From the sequence record LR756500.1: a stretch of DNA of 64,000 nucleotides. One strand, given 5' to 3'. The position numbers were made by a program, and so were the translations under genes. A model generated the notes under the pieces. It saw only the letters and a program-made list of their open reading frames with translations. It searched no databases and was not told where the DNA came from. Each line of letters starts with the position of its first letter. Position 1 is the first letter of the stretch. Positions 29,294 through 40,254 of the stretch are shown one piece after another.

Positions 29294-30184
29294 TTATGTT
29301 GTTAGATATTCAAAATCTAATCTATCATCAGTTTCTAATTGATATCCAGCAACTGAACCATTCCAATGTAAAGTATCTCCTTGTTGTTCATCGCCAGAAG
29401 TTCTTTCGTTAAAAGGAGTAGATCCATTTTTGAATACGCATTCTTTTCCAGGTCCTACATCTACTTCAACTCCATTTAAAATTACTTTTACTCTAGAATC
29501 TTGTACTGTAGCATCTGTTATAGTTTGATTAGTAGCTAAATCACCGTCTAATACTGTTACTAAAGCGGTTAATTCTGTATCAGCTAATGATATTTTACCA
29601 GAAGCAGCTTCTAATTCAGTAATAGTATCTGTTAAATATTTACCAATATAAACATATAAAATTATACTAGCTGGGGTAGATCCTAATGCAGTTTCTTGTC
29701 TAAAATATACTCCAGGTTGATATTGATATATCCATAAAGACGTATCACCAGGAGCAATTAAACTACCCGTACCACCAGCACCTGTATATGGTTTACTTTC
29801 AAATCCTGCACCATATGCTGAAGATATAGAATTTCTAACTCTATCACCAGCAACTATTCCAACTAATGATCCAGCTCCATAAGCAAAAGCTGCTAATGTT
29901 TGTGGATCAGTTCCTGTTGGCGGAGTTACTGGCCATTCTGCGAAGTATGCGTGACTGTTTGATGTATTATCTAATGTCATATCAGCTATTACTTGAACAG
30001 CAACTCCATCACTTACAGCAGTAACAGGATTTGAATTTATAGATTCCGTAAAAATTGTAGTTTTATCGACATTAAAAAATGAACCTTCTGCTTCATTACC
30101 TAATTCTTTAAGACTATCTGTCATCGCTTTATTAAGAAGATTCTTAAAAGCGGTTATTGCTTTATTATCTGTACTAAATGCCAT
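29294..30184 (-). CDS. Putative virion structural/fibre-associated protein
   Basis: C-terminal domain similar to 32153-33154 and 33188-34411 (VxxNG...GDxLxxN...YxLxxDDxxxxxY). Confidence 0.6.
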   Translation of the reverse strand: MAFSTDNKAITAFKNLLNKAMTDSLKELGNEAEGSFFNVDKTTIFTESINSNPVTAVSDGVAVQVIADMTLDNTSNSHAYFAEWPVTPPTGTDPQTLAAFAYGAGSLVGIVAGDRVRNSISSAYGAGFESKPYTGAGGTGSLIAPGDTSLWIYQYQPGVYFRQETALGSTPASIILYVYIGKYLTDTITELEAASGKISLADTELTALVTVLDGDLATNQTITDATVQDSRVKVILNGVEVDVGPGKECVFKNGSTPFNERTSGDEQQGDTLHWNGSVAGYQLETDDRLDFEYLTT

Positions 30185-30210
30185 TGTTTATTTTTATTTT
30201 TATTTATCTA

Positions 30211-32133
30211 TTATCCAAAACTAAATGTTATTCCTGTAAGTATACCGGCAAATGAATCACCTACACTAACTCTTACTAAAATATATCCATTAGTATTAGC
30301 AGTACTTTTTGTACCTATAGTTAATCCCCATGCTGTACCAAAGGCTCTACCTACACCGCCTGCTGCATTTCTAGCTCCATCTCCATCAGCCCATTGTCCT
30401 GTTGCAAAATCTTGATATGCATCCATCCAACCTGTTTCAGCTGCTGCTAAACCAGGAGCTTTAATATGAACATGAATATTATTACCTGTTAATGCAGTAA
30501 GATCTGATACAAATGTTCCAGTTGATCCTGCTATGTTTAATACAAAGTTTCCAACTGTTGGAGCAACTTGTCTAAACCATCTATAGTAGTATCTAGTACC
30601 TGTACAGTTAGCTCCTGAATAATCTGGATTACCTCCAGGTCCATTTGTTATACCAGCAAAGTTTGCAGGATAAGCAGTATTACCAGGATAAACTAATTCA
30701 CTACCTATTACTTGTAAGCCATCATTATAACCAGCAGATCCTGCATCTGCTATTGTATTTGTAGATGTCCACATTCCAGTACCTAAAGATCCATAAGTAT
30801 TATATGAACTATTAGAAGGCATTCTATATGTTTCTGCATGATTAAAATCTTCAAATACTAATGATGAAGCTGTACCTACATCATCCATCAAAATATTAGC
30901 AATACTACTAGATGAGCTAGTTTGAGTTCCTTGTAATGTTCTAAGTACTCTAGTGTTAACTGTTATTGATTCATCCAATAATCTAATGCCACTTGTTATT
31001 GTTGCAGTCTTAAGACCTAATTGAGAAGCTGTATATTGAATACTGCTTGTATAATCTACTAAAGATGCATGAGATCCTATTGCTGGAATACTAACTGAAG
31101 GTATTGCACAGTTAGAAGCACCTGGATGACTAATTGCAGAACCAGAAGAACTATAAGTATTTAAATAAGCATTATTAATTGTTATTTGATATTTAGCAGT
31201 TCCTCCTGTATAGTATTGAACTCCTGAAAGATATTTAGATCCAGTCATTGCTAAAGTATCTAAAACTGGAGCAGTAAATGTAGTTATTGTTGTATCATGA
31301 TCTACTATAAATTGAAATCTAGCTAAAGTAGTATCAACTGCATTTAAAGTTCTAATTGCATGTACCCAGTTATATCCTCTTTGTATATTAGTATCATCAT
31401 ATTTTACTAACCAAGTTCCTGTTCTATGTTTAAATACATCTAAAGGAGTTAAATCTGGAAAATGAGCATCATCTGCTGCACTTAAAATAAAACCACTTAC
31501 AGTATTTCCTGATGTATTATCAATAGCAGCAGTTGTTGATGATAATGTTACAGTAGATACTAATGTTCCATTAACATATAGTCTAATAGTTCCTTCAGTT
31601 GCATTACCAAATGAGTTTGCTGGATAATTTACACCATCTGCAACTACATCATCGTTTAAAACACCTGTAATATCATTAGTTGCGGCTTCTGCTATAATAC
31701 CAAAGCCCATAGCAATACCATTTACTCCTATTCCGGGATTATAACCACCTTGAGATACATCGGCTAATGCATATCCTCCTATTGTATATCCAGTACCAAA
31801 ACTTAATTTACCAGCAGTTGCTGATAATGCACCAGTCCATTGATCTAATAAAGGAGCTGGTCCAGGAGCTAAAGCTTTTAATATTTCATTAAATCTATCA
31901 ATTGCTGTTCCTGTTGGAGTTAAAGGATTAAAGTCTGTAAATAATCCATCAACATAACCTGCAGTATCTTCTGCAGCTCCAATTACACCACCAGTTGTAG
32001 ATATTTGACTATCAACATAAATTTTTGTGGCTGCGTCCTGATCATCAATTGGATCATTAACATTTATTAAATTTTGACTATTTATATCAAAATTCTCGCT
32101 AACTTCTATTTGTTTATTTTGAATTCTTGGCAT
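30211..32133 (-). CDS. Putative fibre/structural protein
   Basis: N-terminus MPRIQNKQIEVSENFD shared with 26311-29196; QDAATKIYVD fibre motif; Thr/Gly-rich beta content. Confidence 0.65.
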   Translation of the reverse strand: MPRIQNKQIEVSENFDINSQNLINVNDPIDDQDAATKIYVDSQISTTGGVIGAAEDTAGYVDGLFTDFNPLTPTGTAIDRFNEILKALAPGPAPLLDQWTGALSATAGKLSFGTGYTIGGYALADVSQGGYNPGIGVNGIAMGFGIIAEAATNDITGVLNDDVVADGVNYPANSFGNATEGTIRLYVNGTLVSTVTLSSTTAAIDNTSGNTVSGFILSAADDAHFPDLTPLDVFKHRTGTWLVKYDDTNIQRGYNWVHAIRTLNAVDTTLARFQFIVDHDTTITTFTAPVLDTLAMTGSKYLSGVQYYTGGTAKYQITINNAYLNTYSSSGSAISHPGASNCAIPSVSIPAIGSHASLVDYTSSIQYTASQLGLKTATITSGIRLLDESITVNTRVLRTLQGTQTSSSSSIANILMDDVGTASSLVFEDFNHAETYRMPSNSSYNTYGSLGTGMWTSTNTIADAGSAGYNDGLQVIGSELVYPGNTAYPANFAGITNGPGGNPDYSGANCTGTRYYYRWFRQVAPTVGNFVLNIAGSTGTFVSDLTALTGNNIHVHIKAPGLAAAETGWMDAYQDFATGQWADGDGARNAAGGVGRAFGTAWGLTIGTKSTANTNGYILVRVSVGDSFAGILTGITFSFG

Positions 32134-32152
32134 AATTTATATTTTTATATTT

Positions 32153-33154
32153 TTATTTTATCGTTGAATATGTTAAACTTATAACATCAGTTAATCCTAA
32201 ATTAAATTGTGCTATAGAATAATTAAATATTAATTCACTTCCTGCAACTAAAGAAGCTCTTGATAAAACAGTAGCACCACTATCTGCACTAAAGTAAAAT
32301 ACTGATTCACTTATTGATGTATATGAAATAGAATAAGATATACCATTTATATAAACTTCAATATCACTATCTCCAGCTGGAGTAAATGCTAATGTTATTC
32401 CAGTAGGTTCATTATCAATTGATATAGTAAATGCTGTATTAATATTTTCATTCATTTGTCTATATAATGTAGATGCTTTTAATCCTGATGCAGATACACT
32501 TACAGAATCACCATCTGGTAAAATTGTAACTGAATCATTATCTATTGTCATTCCAAATCCTGGAATAACATCTAATATATTACCGTCTTTATCTAATCCA
32601 TCACCTGCAATAACTTGTCCTGCTCCAGAAAATTGAGCCCAATCTAAAGAAGTTGTTCCTAATACTATAGTACCATTAGTTGTTAAAACCCAACCACTAT
32701 CACTAAATAATGTTCCTTCTTGTATAAATGTAAAATCTCCTCCTTTTACTTCACCATTAGGATTACCATCAAAATCTAAAGGTCTAATAAATTCATCTAC
32801 ACCTGCATCATATAACCAAAGTCCATTTCCAGGTTTGTCTAGGACATCAGCATCTGTAAATAAAACTCTTTCTTGATCTAATAATGTAACTCCATCAAAA
32901 ATTGGATTTGGAGAAGTAGCAATACCTATCCATTTATCATTACCACTATCATATGAATAATCAAGTAACTCTATAAGACCATTAGTTTTAGCTCTACATG
33001 CATCTTTAACTATTAAACCTTCTCTATTATCATCAACATATTTTTTAGTAGCAACATCTTGAGGATTTTGAGGATCTACAACATTTATAATTTTATGCGT
33101 ATTCATGTCAAAATTACTTGTGACAATAATTTGTTTATTTTTTATTCTTGGCAT
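32153..33154 (-). CDS. Putative fibre/head-decoration protein
   Basis: MPRIKNKQI start; QDVATKKYVD; VKDACRAKT...RVLFTD...NGLW domain common in phage fibre proteins. Confidence 0.65.
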   Translation of the reverse strand: MPRIKNKQIIVTSNFDMNTHKIINVVDPQNPQDVATKKYVDDNREGLIVKDACRAKTNGLIELLDYSYDSGNDKWIGIATSPNPIFDGVTLLDQERVLFTDADVLDKPGNGLWLYDAGVDEFIRPLDFDGNPNGEVKGGDFTFIQEGTLFSDSGWVLTTNGTIVLGTTSLDWAQFSGAGQVIAGDGLDKDGNILDVIPGFGMTIDNDSVTILPDGDSVSVSASGLKASTLYRQMNENINTAFTISIDNEPTGITLAFTPAGDSDIEVYINGISYSISYTSISESVFYFSADSGATVLSRASLVAGSELIFNYSIAQFNLGLTDVISLTYSTIK

Positions 33155-33187
33155 AATTTATTTTTATTTTTCTTTTATTTTATTTAT

Positions 33188-34411
33188 TTAGGAAAAGTAC
33201 TGAAACTTTGTATATATTAATGAAATTGAATCATCTACAGATAAATTATATTCTGCTGTAATAGAATTAAAAAATAATTCATCACCTGCAACTATATCTG
33301 CCTTCATTCTAGATGTTAATCCTCCATCATTACTAAAGAAAAATACTCCATCAGTTGTTCCATAAGAAACTCCTTCTATTTTTCCATTAACATAAATTAT
33401 AATATGAGTATCTGCTAAAGGATTTGTTCCTATAAATATTCCAGTAGAATATATTGATCCTGTTTCAGGATTTGGAGTTAAATTTTGTTCATCATATAAT
33501 ATACCACCACCATCTTGTCCATTTGCAGTGAATTTAACCCATACAATATTATTTACTCCTACTATTCTTACTCCATCTCCAACTATAACCCATCCAGTAC
33601 CTGCATTTTCTATTCCTTGTTCTATAAATGTAATATTACCTCCTGATATTTCAGAAGTAGGATTTCCATTATGATCAACAGCTCTACTCCATACTCCATT
33701 TAATCCAGTACCTACAAAATTAACATAATATATTCCATTTTCTCTAGGATCAATTTGATCTTTTACTAATATTCTACTATGATATGTTACAGCAGTTGCA
33801 TCAACATAATTAGGAGCATTAGTAAAATTAATATTTTGTCCAGTAGTAGCTAATCTACAAGATTCTTTATAATCACCACCGCCTGCTACTCTATCAACAT
33901 ATTCTTTATTAGTAACATCACTGTTTAATGTAGGTTCTCCGGCATTTCTAATAACAAAACCATCCATTGAAATATCTGCTTCAGCAGGAGCAAATTCACT
34001 AATACTTATATTTAAAGGTTCAACTTTTAATCCAGAAGTACTTTTTACTAAACTATCTCCATCTAATACAAGAGTAAATTCATTACTAGTAGTAATTGTT
34101 AAACCTTCATTATCAGCAGTATATTCAATACCATCATCTAAATTAACCCATACAAAACCATCGTAACCTTGAAAATGAGTTCCATTCCATTGTATTGTAC
34201 CTGCATCTAAATCTAATGTTGCTTCTCCTAATCTTATTGCACCATCTACTTCTAATCTTTGCTTTAATCCGGAAAAAACGCCAATACCAGTATTTAATGA
34301 ATCAATGAATAATTCATTTAATTGTATACCGACATCATTTTGTATTTTGTAAACGGACATTATTATAATTCTTTTTTTTATATATTTGTGCAATATAGAA
34401 CATTTAATCAT
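33188..34411 (-). CDS. Putative fibre/head-decoration protein; true start probably MSVYKIQ at 34360
   Basis: YKESCRLATT...RILVKDQIDPRENGIY domain paralogous to 32153-33154. Confidence 0.65.
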   Translation of the reverse strand: MIKCSILHKYIKKRIIIMSVYKIQNDVGIQLNELFIDSLNTGIGVFSGLKQRLEVDGAIRLGEATLDLDAGTIQWNGTHFQGYDGFVWVNLDDGIEYTADNEGLTITTSNEFTLVLDGDSLVKSTSGLKVEPLNISISEFAPAEADISMDGFVIRNAGEPTLNSDVTNKEYVDRVAGGGDYKESCRLATTGQNINFTNAPNYVDATAVTYHSRILVKDQIDPRENGIYYVNFVGTGLNGVWSRAVDHNGNPTSEISGGNITFIEQGIENAGTGWVIVGDGVRIVGVNNIVWVKFTANGQDGGGILYDEQNLTPNPETGSIYSTGIFIGTNPLADTHIIIYVNGKIEGVSYGTTDGVFFFSNDGGLTSRMKADIVAGDELFFNSITAEYNLSVDDSISLIYTKFQYFS

Positions 34412-34460
34412 TTTCAGGAAGTTTAGATGATATATAATTTATATAAAAAAATAATATAAA

Positions 34461-35672
34461 ATTAAAACACTTAAACTTAAAATAAAAAACCTTTCTAAAC
34501 CTAACTATTCTAAACTTCTAGAACAATGCAACCATTCGAGAGCCCTTTATAATTCGGCTCTCTATATAGCAAATGAACATTACAAACAAACTCTTTCCTA
34601 TATCGGCTACAACGACCTCTATAAAGAACTTAAAGACAACATCCATTACAACTCACTCAACAAACCAACAGCTCAACAAATCATCAAGCTTGTAGACAAG
34701 AACTTTAAATCATTTTTCGCTCTACTTAAAAAGAAAAAATCCAACATTTCTCTAGGCCAAATTAATTCACCTCAATATAAAAAGTCCGATTCATTATTTA
34801 ATTTGATTAAGCCAATTCAGAAAGAGAGTAATTCAATAAGAAAGGGATTTTTAAATATTTATAATTGGCTTAAGATACCATATACGCATGAAATAGACGG
34901 AAGCATTAAGCAATTTACAATCAAACCTATAAACAATGGTCAGTTTTTTTATTTGTATATTGTTTATGAAGAAAATAAAAAAGAAGAAGTAAAAATAAGT
35001 AAAAATAAGTATTTAAGTATAGATTTAGGCATTAATAATTTGATGGCTACATTCGATTCAACTGGACGTTCAATAATAATAAACGGTAAACCTCTTAAAG
35101 CATATAACAGTTGGTTCAATATAAAGAAATCAAGTATTCAATCCGAGCTAGAAATAAAAAATAAGAAGAAATGGAGTAAAAGATTACAGAATTTAAATGA
35201 AGATAGAAAGAATTTTATAAATAATTATTTTAATCAGTCAGTAAATAAAATAATTAAGCATTGTATCGTTAATGATATTGGAACAGTAATTGTTGGATAT
35301 AATAAGAAATGGAAACAGGATACCAAAGAGTTAGGTAAAAAATTTAATCGTAAATTCCAACAAATTCCACATTTTATATTGAAAGAGAAGTTGAGTAATA
35401 AATGTAGTGATTATGGGATAGATTTAGTATTTCATGAAGAGAGTTATACTAGTAAGTGCGATGCATTAGCGATAGAGAAATTAAAGAAACAGGATGTTTA
35501 TTTAGGTAAGAGAATTAAGAGAGGATTGTTTCAGTCAAGTGTAGGAAAGTTGATAAATGCTGATATAAATGGAGCGATGAATATAATGAGAAAAGTAGTC
35601 AGTGATTCTCTTTTTAAAGGGATAATTGATAACAGGTTAATAGTACAACCTTTAATGATTAACATCTTATAA
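34461..35672 (+). mobile_element. tnpB: TnpB copy 3 (rearranged RuvC-II type); frame open from 34455/34461 but lacking a canonical ATG
   Basis: In-frame extension IKTLKLKIK...ALYNSALY...FKSFFALLKK precedes the track ORF 34803-35672; SIDLG, IVGYN, EESYTSK, NADINGAMNI. Confidence 0.85.
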
Positions 35673-35691
35673 ATGTACTATATTTGCGGTT

Positions 35692-38103
35692 TTAAAAGTT
35701 AAATCTTACGGTTGTAAGTTCAATAAGTGCTCCCCATCTTATTTGTGTATCAGGAACACCTTGAACTTCTATTTTAATTTTATCATTTACATTATCTGCA
35801 CTAATAAATGCATTCCATAATAATGTATCAGTATCTCTTGCTATAGATATTTCAGTAACTTCAGTTCCCACTAATGAAGTAGTATTAGCAACATTCTTCA
35901 TTGCACCTACAAATTCTTTTACCCAAGAATCTCCAACTACTCCTGTAATACTATCTCCTCCAACTCTTATTCCAGTTATTTTTATTCTAAATGAAACAAC
36001 ACTATCTTCAGGAACATATACTTCCTCAGTATTTCCATCTGGTCTAATTTCTACAATATCTCCATTTGAAGTGTATGCTATTCCACTTAACATTTCAACT
36101 TGAAAATCTCCAGGTGTTCCAAAATTAGCTTCATTTAAAATTATTTTATCAGTATCAAATTCACCTCTTAAATGAAGTTTATTTTTAATCATAGTTTCTT
36201 CAAATACAAATGTACTATTTGTATCTAACATTCCTGATCCATTTGAAAATATAACTTCCCCAACATTACCTGGTACTTCTATCATTTCACAAGGTTCCCA
36301 TACTCCTTGAGATGTATATTGTAATACTTGTCCAACAGAAGCTCCTCCTGTTGGTATTTCTATTCCATCTATATCTTCTATACTTAAATATAAAGTATCA
36401 CCTAAAGCTATTTGATGTCCATTTAAATTTATCCAATCAAATTCTAAATTAGAATTTAATATTGTTCCAATACTTAATTGATTAGATATATTTTCTACTA
36501 TTGTAATATCATCTATTTTAATTGCAACTCCATTTGTATTAACACTTATAGATTTAGCTAAATTTAAACCTCCTACTATATCAGGCTGTACTCCTACTGT
36601 ATGTGTTACATCTATACTACCATTAAATAATGTTGTATAATTACCAACACTTATTCCGTTAGTACCTAATATTTCATGAGAAAATGGAACTTTTATAACT
36701 TCTAATTCATCACCTAATCCTCCATTATTTTTAATAGTAATATTATCAGCTTTCGCTGTAATAGTTGTATCAGCACTTTCACCAGTACCATTAGCTATTA
36801 AAATTCCATTACCTCCAGTAATTGATTGTATATAATCTCCTGTTGTATTGGTACCTAAAGTTATAGATAATGAACTAGCAGATACATTTAATTGATAATT
36901 ACTTGATGTCCAATCTATAGTAACTGAACCTGTTAAATCTCCAATTAATTCTAAGTCAAATGAATCGACAATAAAATTTAATTTTCCATTCATATCTGTA
37001 TATGAAACAGATATACCAGTTTGAGTACTTAATCCTTGAACCATTTCACCTACAAAATCTTCAACTACTTCTTGACTTACTATAGCAGTTGTTAAAGAAA
37101 CCCAACCTGAAGACATTCTACCTTCAAAATCAGTTCCTGACCATCTAATAGAACCTATAGTATTATTATGAGCTGATCCTAATTTAATTGCACCATTAAC
37201 AGTTAATAATTCTGAAAGTGTAGTTGTTCCAATACCTATTTTATTAGAATCTTGATATATTATAGAATCATTTAATGAACTTGAATCATTCCATTTTGAA
37301 ATGTATTTAGCAGTTCCAGATCCATATATCATTGATTGTGTAGTATTCCAAATTCCTATATTAGCTTCTCTTTTATCAATATAACCACTAGGATCTGTTA
37401 TTAATATAAAATTTGTATTTAATGTGTTATTTAATGTTTCTATTACTAAATCTCCATTTATATGAAGTTTAGCACTAGGCGAGTTTGTTCCTATACCAAC
37501 ATTTTTAGAAAGATCTGCTGCATATAAATCGGTAGTATTTTCTTCCCAGTAACCTCCGACTAATGGACTTAAATCGACTATTTCATTTCCTAATGATAAT
37601 TCAAATGATGATATACTTAATGTTGGATTTAACAAGGTACTAAATTTAATTAAATTTTTAGAAACATCATGTTCTATTTGTATACCACTACCTTTAGCTA
37701 TTTCAAATATATCTTCTCCAATTGCATTTATAATTGTATTTGATGTTGTACTAAATGTTCCTATAGAAGTACTATTAACTAAAATTTTGTCAAATGCATT
37801 TGATATTAAACCAGAAGTACTTATAGTTGCTCCTGTTCCAAATATTTCCCATTCATTATCAATAAATATTCCTTTTGTTGTAAATGTTTTTGCAATGAAC
37901 CAAAATACACCAGTGGTACCACCAGTAATAAAACCATTAGTATCTATTGCCTCTGTTTCATTATAAACTATTTCTCCCTTTCTATATGTTCTATTTGGTG
38001 ACCAGGGATTAGCAACAAACTTAAAATTATCATCAACTTCTTTATTTAAAAGTTCTCTATTAAGTTCAGTTCTAAATTTTATTTGTTCTGTAAAATTTAT
38101 CAT
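35692..38103 (-). CDS. Tail fibre / structural protein
   Basis: N-terminal LxxxEVDDNF and WSPNRTYRKGE motifs; NVGIGTNSPSAKLHING repeats. Confidence 0.7.
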   Translation of the reverse strand: MINFTEQIKFRTELNRELLNKEVDDNFKFVANPWSPNRTYRKGEIVYNETEAIDTNGFITGGTTGVFWFIAKTFTTKGIFIDNEWEIFGTGATISTSGLISNAFDKILVNSTSIGTFSTTSNTIINAIGEDIFEIAKGSGIQIEHDVSKNLIKFSTLLNPTLSISSFELSLGNEIVDLSPLVGGYWEENTTDLYAADLSKNVGIGTNSPSAKLHINGDLVIETLNNTLNTNFILITDPSGYIDKREANIGIWNTTQSMIYGSGTAKYISKWNDSSSLNDSIIYQDSNKIGIGTTTLSELLTVNGAIKLGSAHNNTIGSIRWSGTDFEGRMSSGWVSLTTAIVSQEVVEDFVGEMVQGLSTQTGISVSYTDMNGKLNFIVDSFDLELIGDLTGSVTIDWTSSNYQLNVSASSLSITLGTNTTGDYIQSITGGNGILIANGTGESADTTITAKADNITIKNNGGLGDELEVIKVPFSHEILGTNGISVGNYTTLFNGSIDVTHTVGVQPDIVGGLNLAKSISVNTNGVAIKIDDITIVENISNQLSIGTILNSNLEFDWINLNGHQIALGDTLYLSIEDIDGIEIPTGGASVGQVLQYTSQGVWEPCEMIEVPGNVGEVIFSNGSGMLDTNSTFVFEETMIKNKLHLRGEFDTDKIILNEANFGTPGDFQVEMLSGIAYTSNGDIVEIRPDGNTEEVYVPEDSVVSFRIKITGIRVGGDSITGVVGDSWVKEFVGAMKNVANTTSLVGTEVTEISIARDTDTLLWNAFISADNVNDKIKIEVQGVPDTQIRWGALIELTTVRFNF

Positions 38104-38109
38104 ATATCA

Positions 38110-38652
38110 TTATAATTTTATGGTAAAGGTTTTGTCAGTGTTATAAAATGTATTTCTTAATTCTGCTAATCGTCCTGTTCCCTCACTCCATCCATTTTCT
38201 GCGTAACAAGGTGAGTATACTCCTGTCGTAAAAATACCTCTTATTTCTGTTTGATAAGTACAATATTGACTTAATAGATCTGTTAATGTATTTTTTAATC
38301 TATTTTTTAAAGACTCTCTTAATAAATTTCTTTCATTATCATAGTCTTTACCTTCTCTAATTTGAGTATTCACACAAGTATTTGTAATCATAAAATTGAT
38401 TCTAAAATTGTGTAAATTACTTTCTGTCGTGAATGAAGATATACCTATAAAATTTCCAATTTTGCATGATTGAAAAATTTTATATTTTGTATTAAAATAC
38501 GTTTCTAAGTCTTCGAATGTATTATAAATGGTAAATGCATATCTTTTACCATTAAATTCTCCAATTTTTATTTTAGTAGGCTCAATCTTAAATTTTCTTA
38601 ATACTTTAAAGAATTCAACTGCTAATTTAAATGTTATAGATTCTATTAACAA
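38110..38652 (-). CDS. Hypothetical protein
   Basis: 180 aa ORF with TTG start, GATATATA motif upstream. Confidence 0.55.
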   Translation of the reverse strand: MLIESITFKLAVEFFKVLRKFKIEPTKIKIGEFNGKRYAFTIYNTFEDLETYFNTKYKIFQSCKIGNFIGISSFTTESNLHNFRINFMITNTCVNTQIREGKDYDNERNLLRESLKNRLKNTLTDLLSQYCTYQTEIRGIFTTGVYSPCYAENGWSEGTGRLAELRNTFYNTDKTFTIKL

Positions 38653-38826
38653 AACTTATACTTATTTTGTTATATATCCATATTACGGAATTAGTTTAAA
38701 TGATTTTAATTTCCGATTTAGACCGCCTTAATTTACTTAAATACCATTTCAACGGCCCTTAACTGTAAATTTTATATTGGATTTACAGTGTAAAGTTTCG
38801 ATTTCAACTGATTATTTTTAAAATAT

Positions 38827-39021
38827 TTACTTAATAGTTTTTTTAAATTTTTCTAGTAATATAATACTTTTTTCATCAGAACTCTTTTTAAAGCTTTGTA
38901 ATACTTCATGAGACATATTATCTTCAACATGAAATTTTTTAGATGTAATTGTTTTTTTTAATTCAATAAAACCAACTTCTTCGTAAAGTCTTATTATTTT
39001 ATAGATAGTTAAATAATCCAT
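38827..39021 (-). CDS. Small hypothetical protein
   Basis: 64 aa ORF directly downstream of the 83-bp conserved element. Confidence 0.5.
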   Translation of the reverse strand: MDYLTIYKIIRLYEEVGFIELKKTITSKKFHVEDNMSHEVLQSFKKSSDEKSIILLEKFKKTIK

Positions 39022-39022
39022 A

Positions 39023-39105
39023 GATTTATTCGGTTAATTATTTTAATAGCTGTCACATAATAATATGGTATAATATATATTGAGGTTGCTATTAACAAGA
39101 TTCAC
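39023..39105. repeat. 83-bp intergenic element, copy A (copy B at 61731-61813)
   Basis: Ungapped manual alignment 63/83 identical. Confidence 0.8.
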
Positions 39106-39193
39106 GGATTATTAATCTCGGATCACGGATATAATATCCTAAATAAATATTTTTATTAGCCTGACAGCAAACAAAAATTTTTTAATTGTACAA

Positions 39194-39709
39194 TTAAAAG
39201 GTTGAATATTTATCATTTAAATACTTTCTAAGATTTTTTCGCCAAGAATGATCCCATAAAAATTGTTTAGGAATTTTACAACTAAATTCTTTGGATTTAC
39301 CTTTATCTAAATGCTTAGTAGATAAAATTATATGACTTTTAGTTGTACCTATATTTATATGTTCAGGATCATATATACTCATATCATATTGTTCAATATC
39401 ATATTGAGATATTATTTTAGACATTTTTTGAGATAATACAATTAATTTTCTATGATTATCTAATATATTTAATATTTCATCTTTCTTTAGATCTTTAAAC
39501 AAAATTGTTCTAATTTTAAAGGTAACATTTTTTATGTTATCTTTCCAAACACTTAATCTATTATGTTTATCGTCTTTAAAGAAAAAATGAGTTTCTGTTT
39601 CTGCTATTACTATGAAATTTTGTGTATGAGAAGTTTTAAATGTTGTTGCTTCTCCTGCTTTAGATATTTCAGTATTTTTTTCTACTGTTATGATTTTTTG
39701 ATTATCCAT
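39194..39709 (-). CDS. Hypothetical protein
   Basis: 171 aa ORF. Confidence 0.55.
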   Translation of the reverse strand: MDNQKIITVEKNTEISKAGEATTFKTSHTQNFIVIAETETHFFFKDDKHNRLSVWKDNIKNVTFKIRTILFKDLKKDEILNILDNHRKLIVLSQKMSKIISQYDIEQYDMSIYDPEHINIGTTKSHIILSTKHLDKGKSKEFSCKIPKQFLWDHSWRKNLRKYLNDKYSTF

Positions 39710-39714
39710 GTATT

Positions 39715-40005
39715 TTAAACACCTAAAAATGTTAATGCTTTATAAGGACTCATTCCATTTTCCCAGCATTCATGAAAATGAGTTAAATTTGAATTAATTT
39801 CTTCGTCTGTATATAAAAATTCAATGTCTACATCAGATTTGAAATCTCTTCGTTCAAAAATGGCTTTCATATATTCATTAAATGATGTTACATTAATTGT
39901 AAAATCAGTAATTTTAAATCCATGTTCTAACATGATATCACATAATTGATTATATGTTTTATCTTTATTATCCGTTTTTATAATTATTCTTAATTTATTT
40001 GTCAT
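39715..40005 (-). CDS. Hypothetical protein
   Basis: 96 aa ORF ending CWENGMSPYKALTFL. Confidence 0.55.
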   Translation of the reverse strand: MTNKLRIIIKTDNKDKTYNQLCDIMLEHGFKITDFTINVTSFNEYMKAIFERRDFKSDVDIEFLYTDEEINSNLTHFHECWENGMSPYKALTFLGV

Positions 40006-40254
40006 TTAATTTAATTTAAAAAAGATTGGGATTATTTAAATCCCAATGCTTTCATACGTCTTATAAGTTCTTCTGAAATTTTTTGTATTATATTATCCTT
40101 TGTTTTTTGTCTTTTTTGTACGAGAGAATCTATTTGTACTTGAGAATTTATTTCTAGATCTTTATATATTGTTACTGGATCTTTAAAAACTCCTTCAATT
40201 GATGTATATGGTTCATATTGTGGTAATCTATGTGAACCATAAGTACCAAAATTA

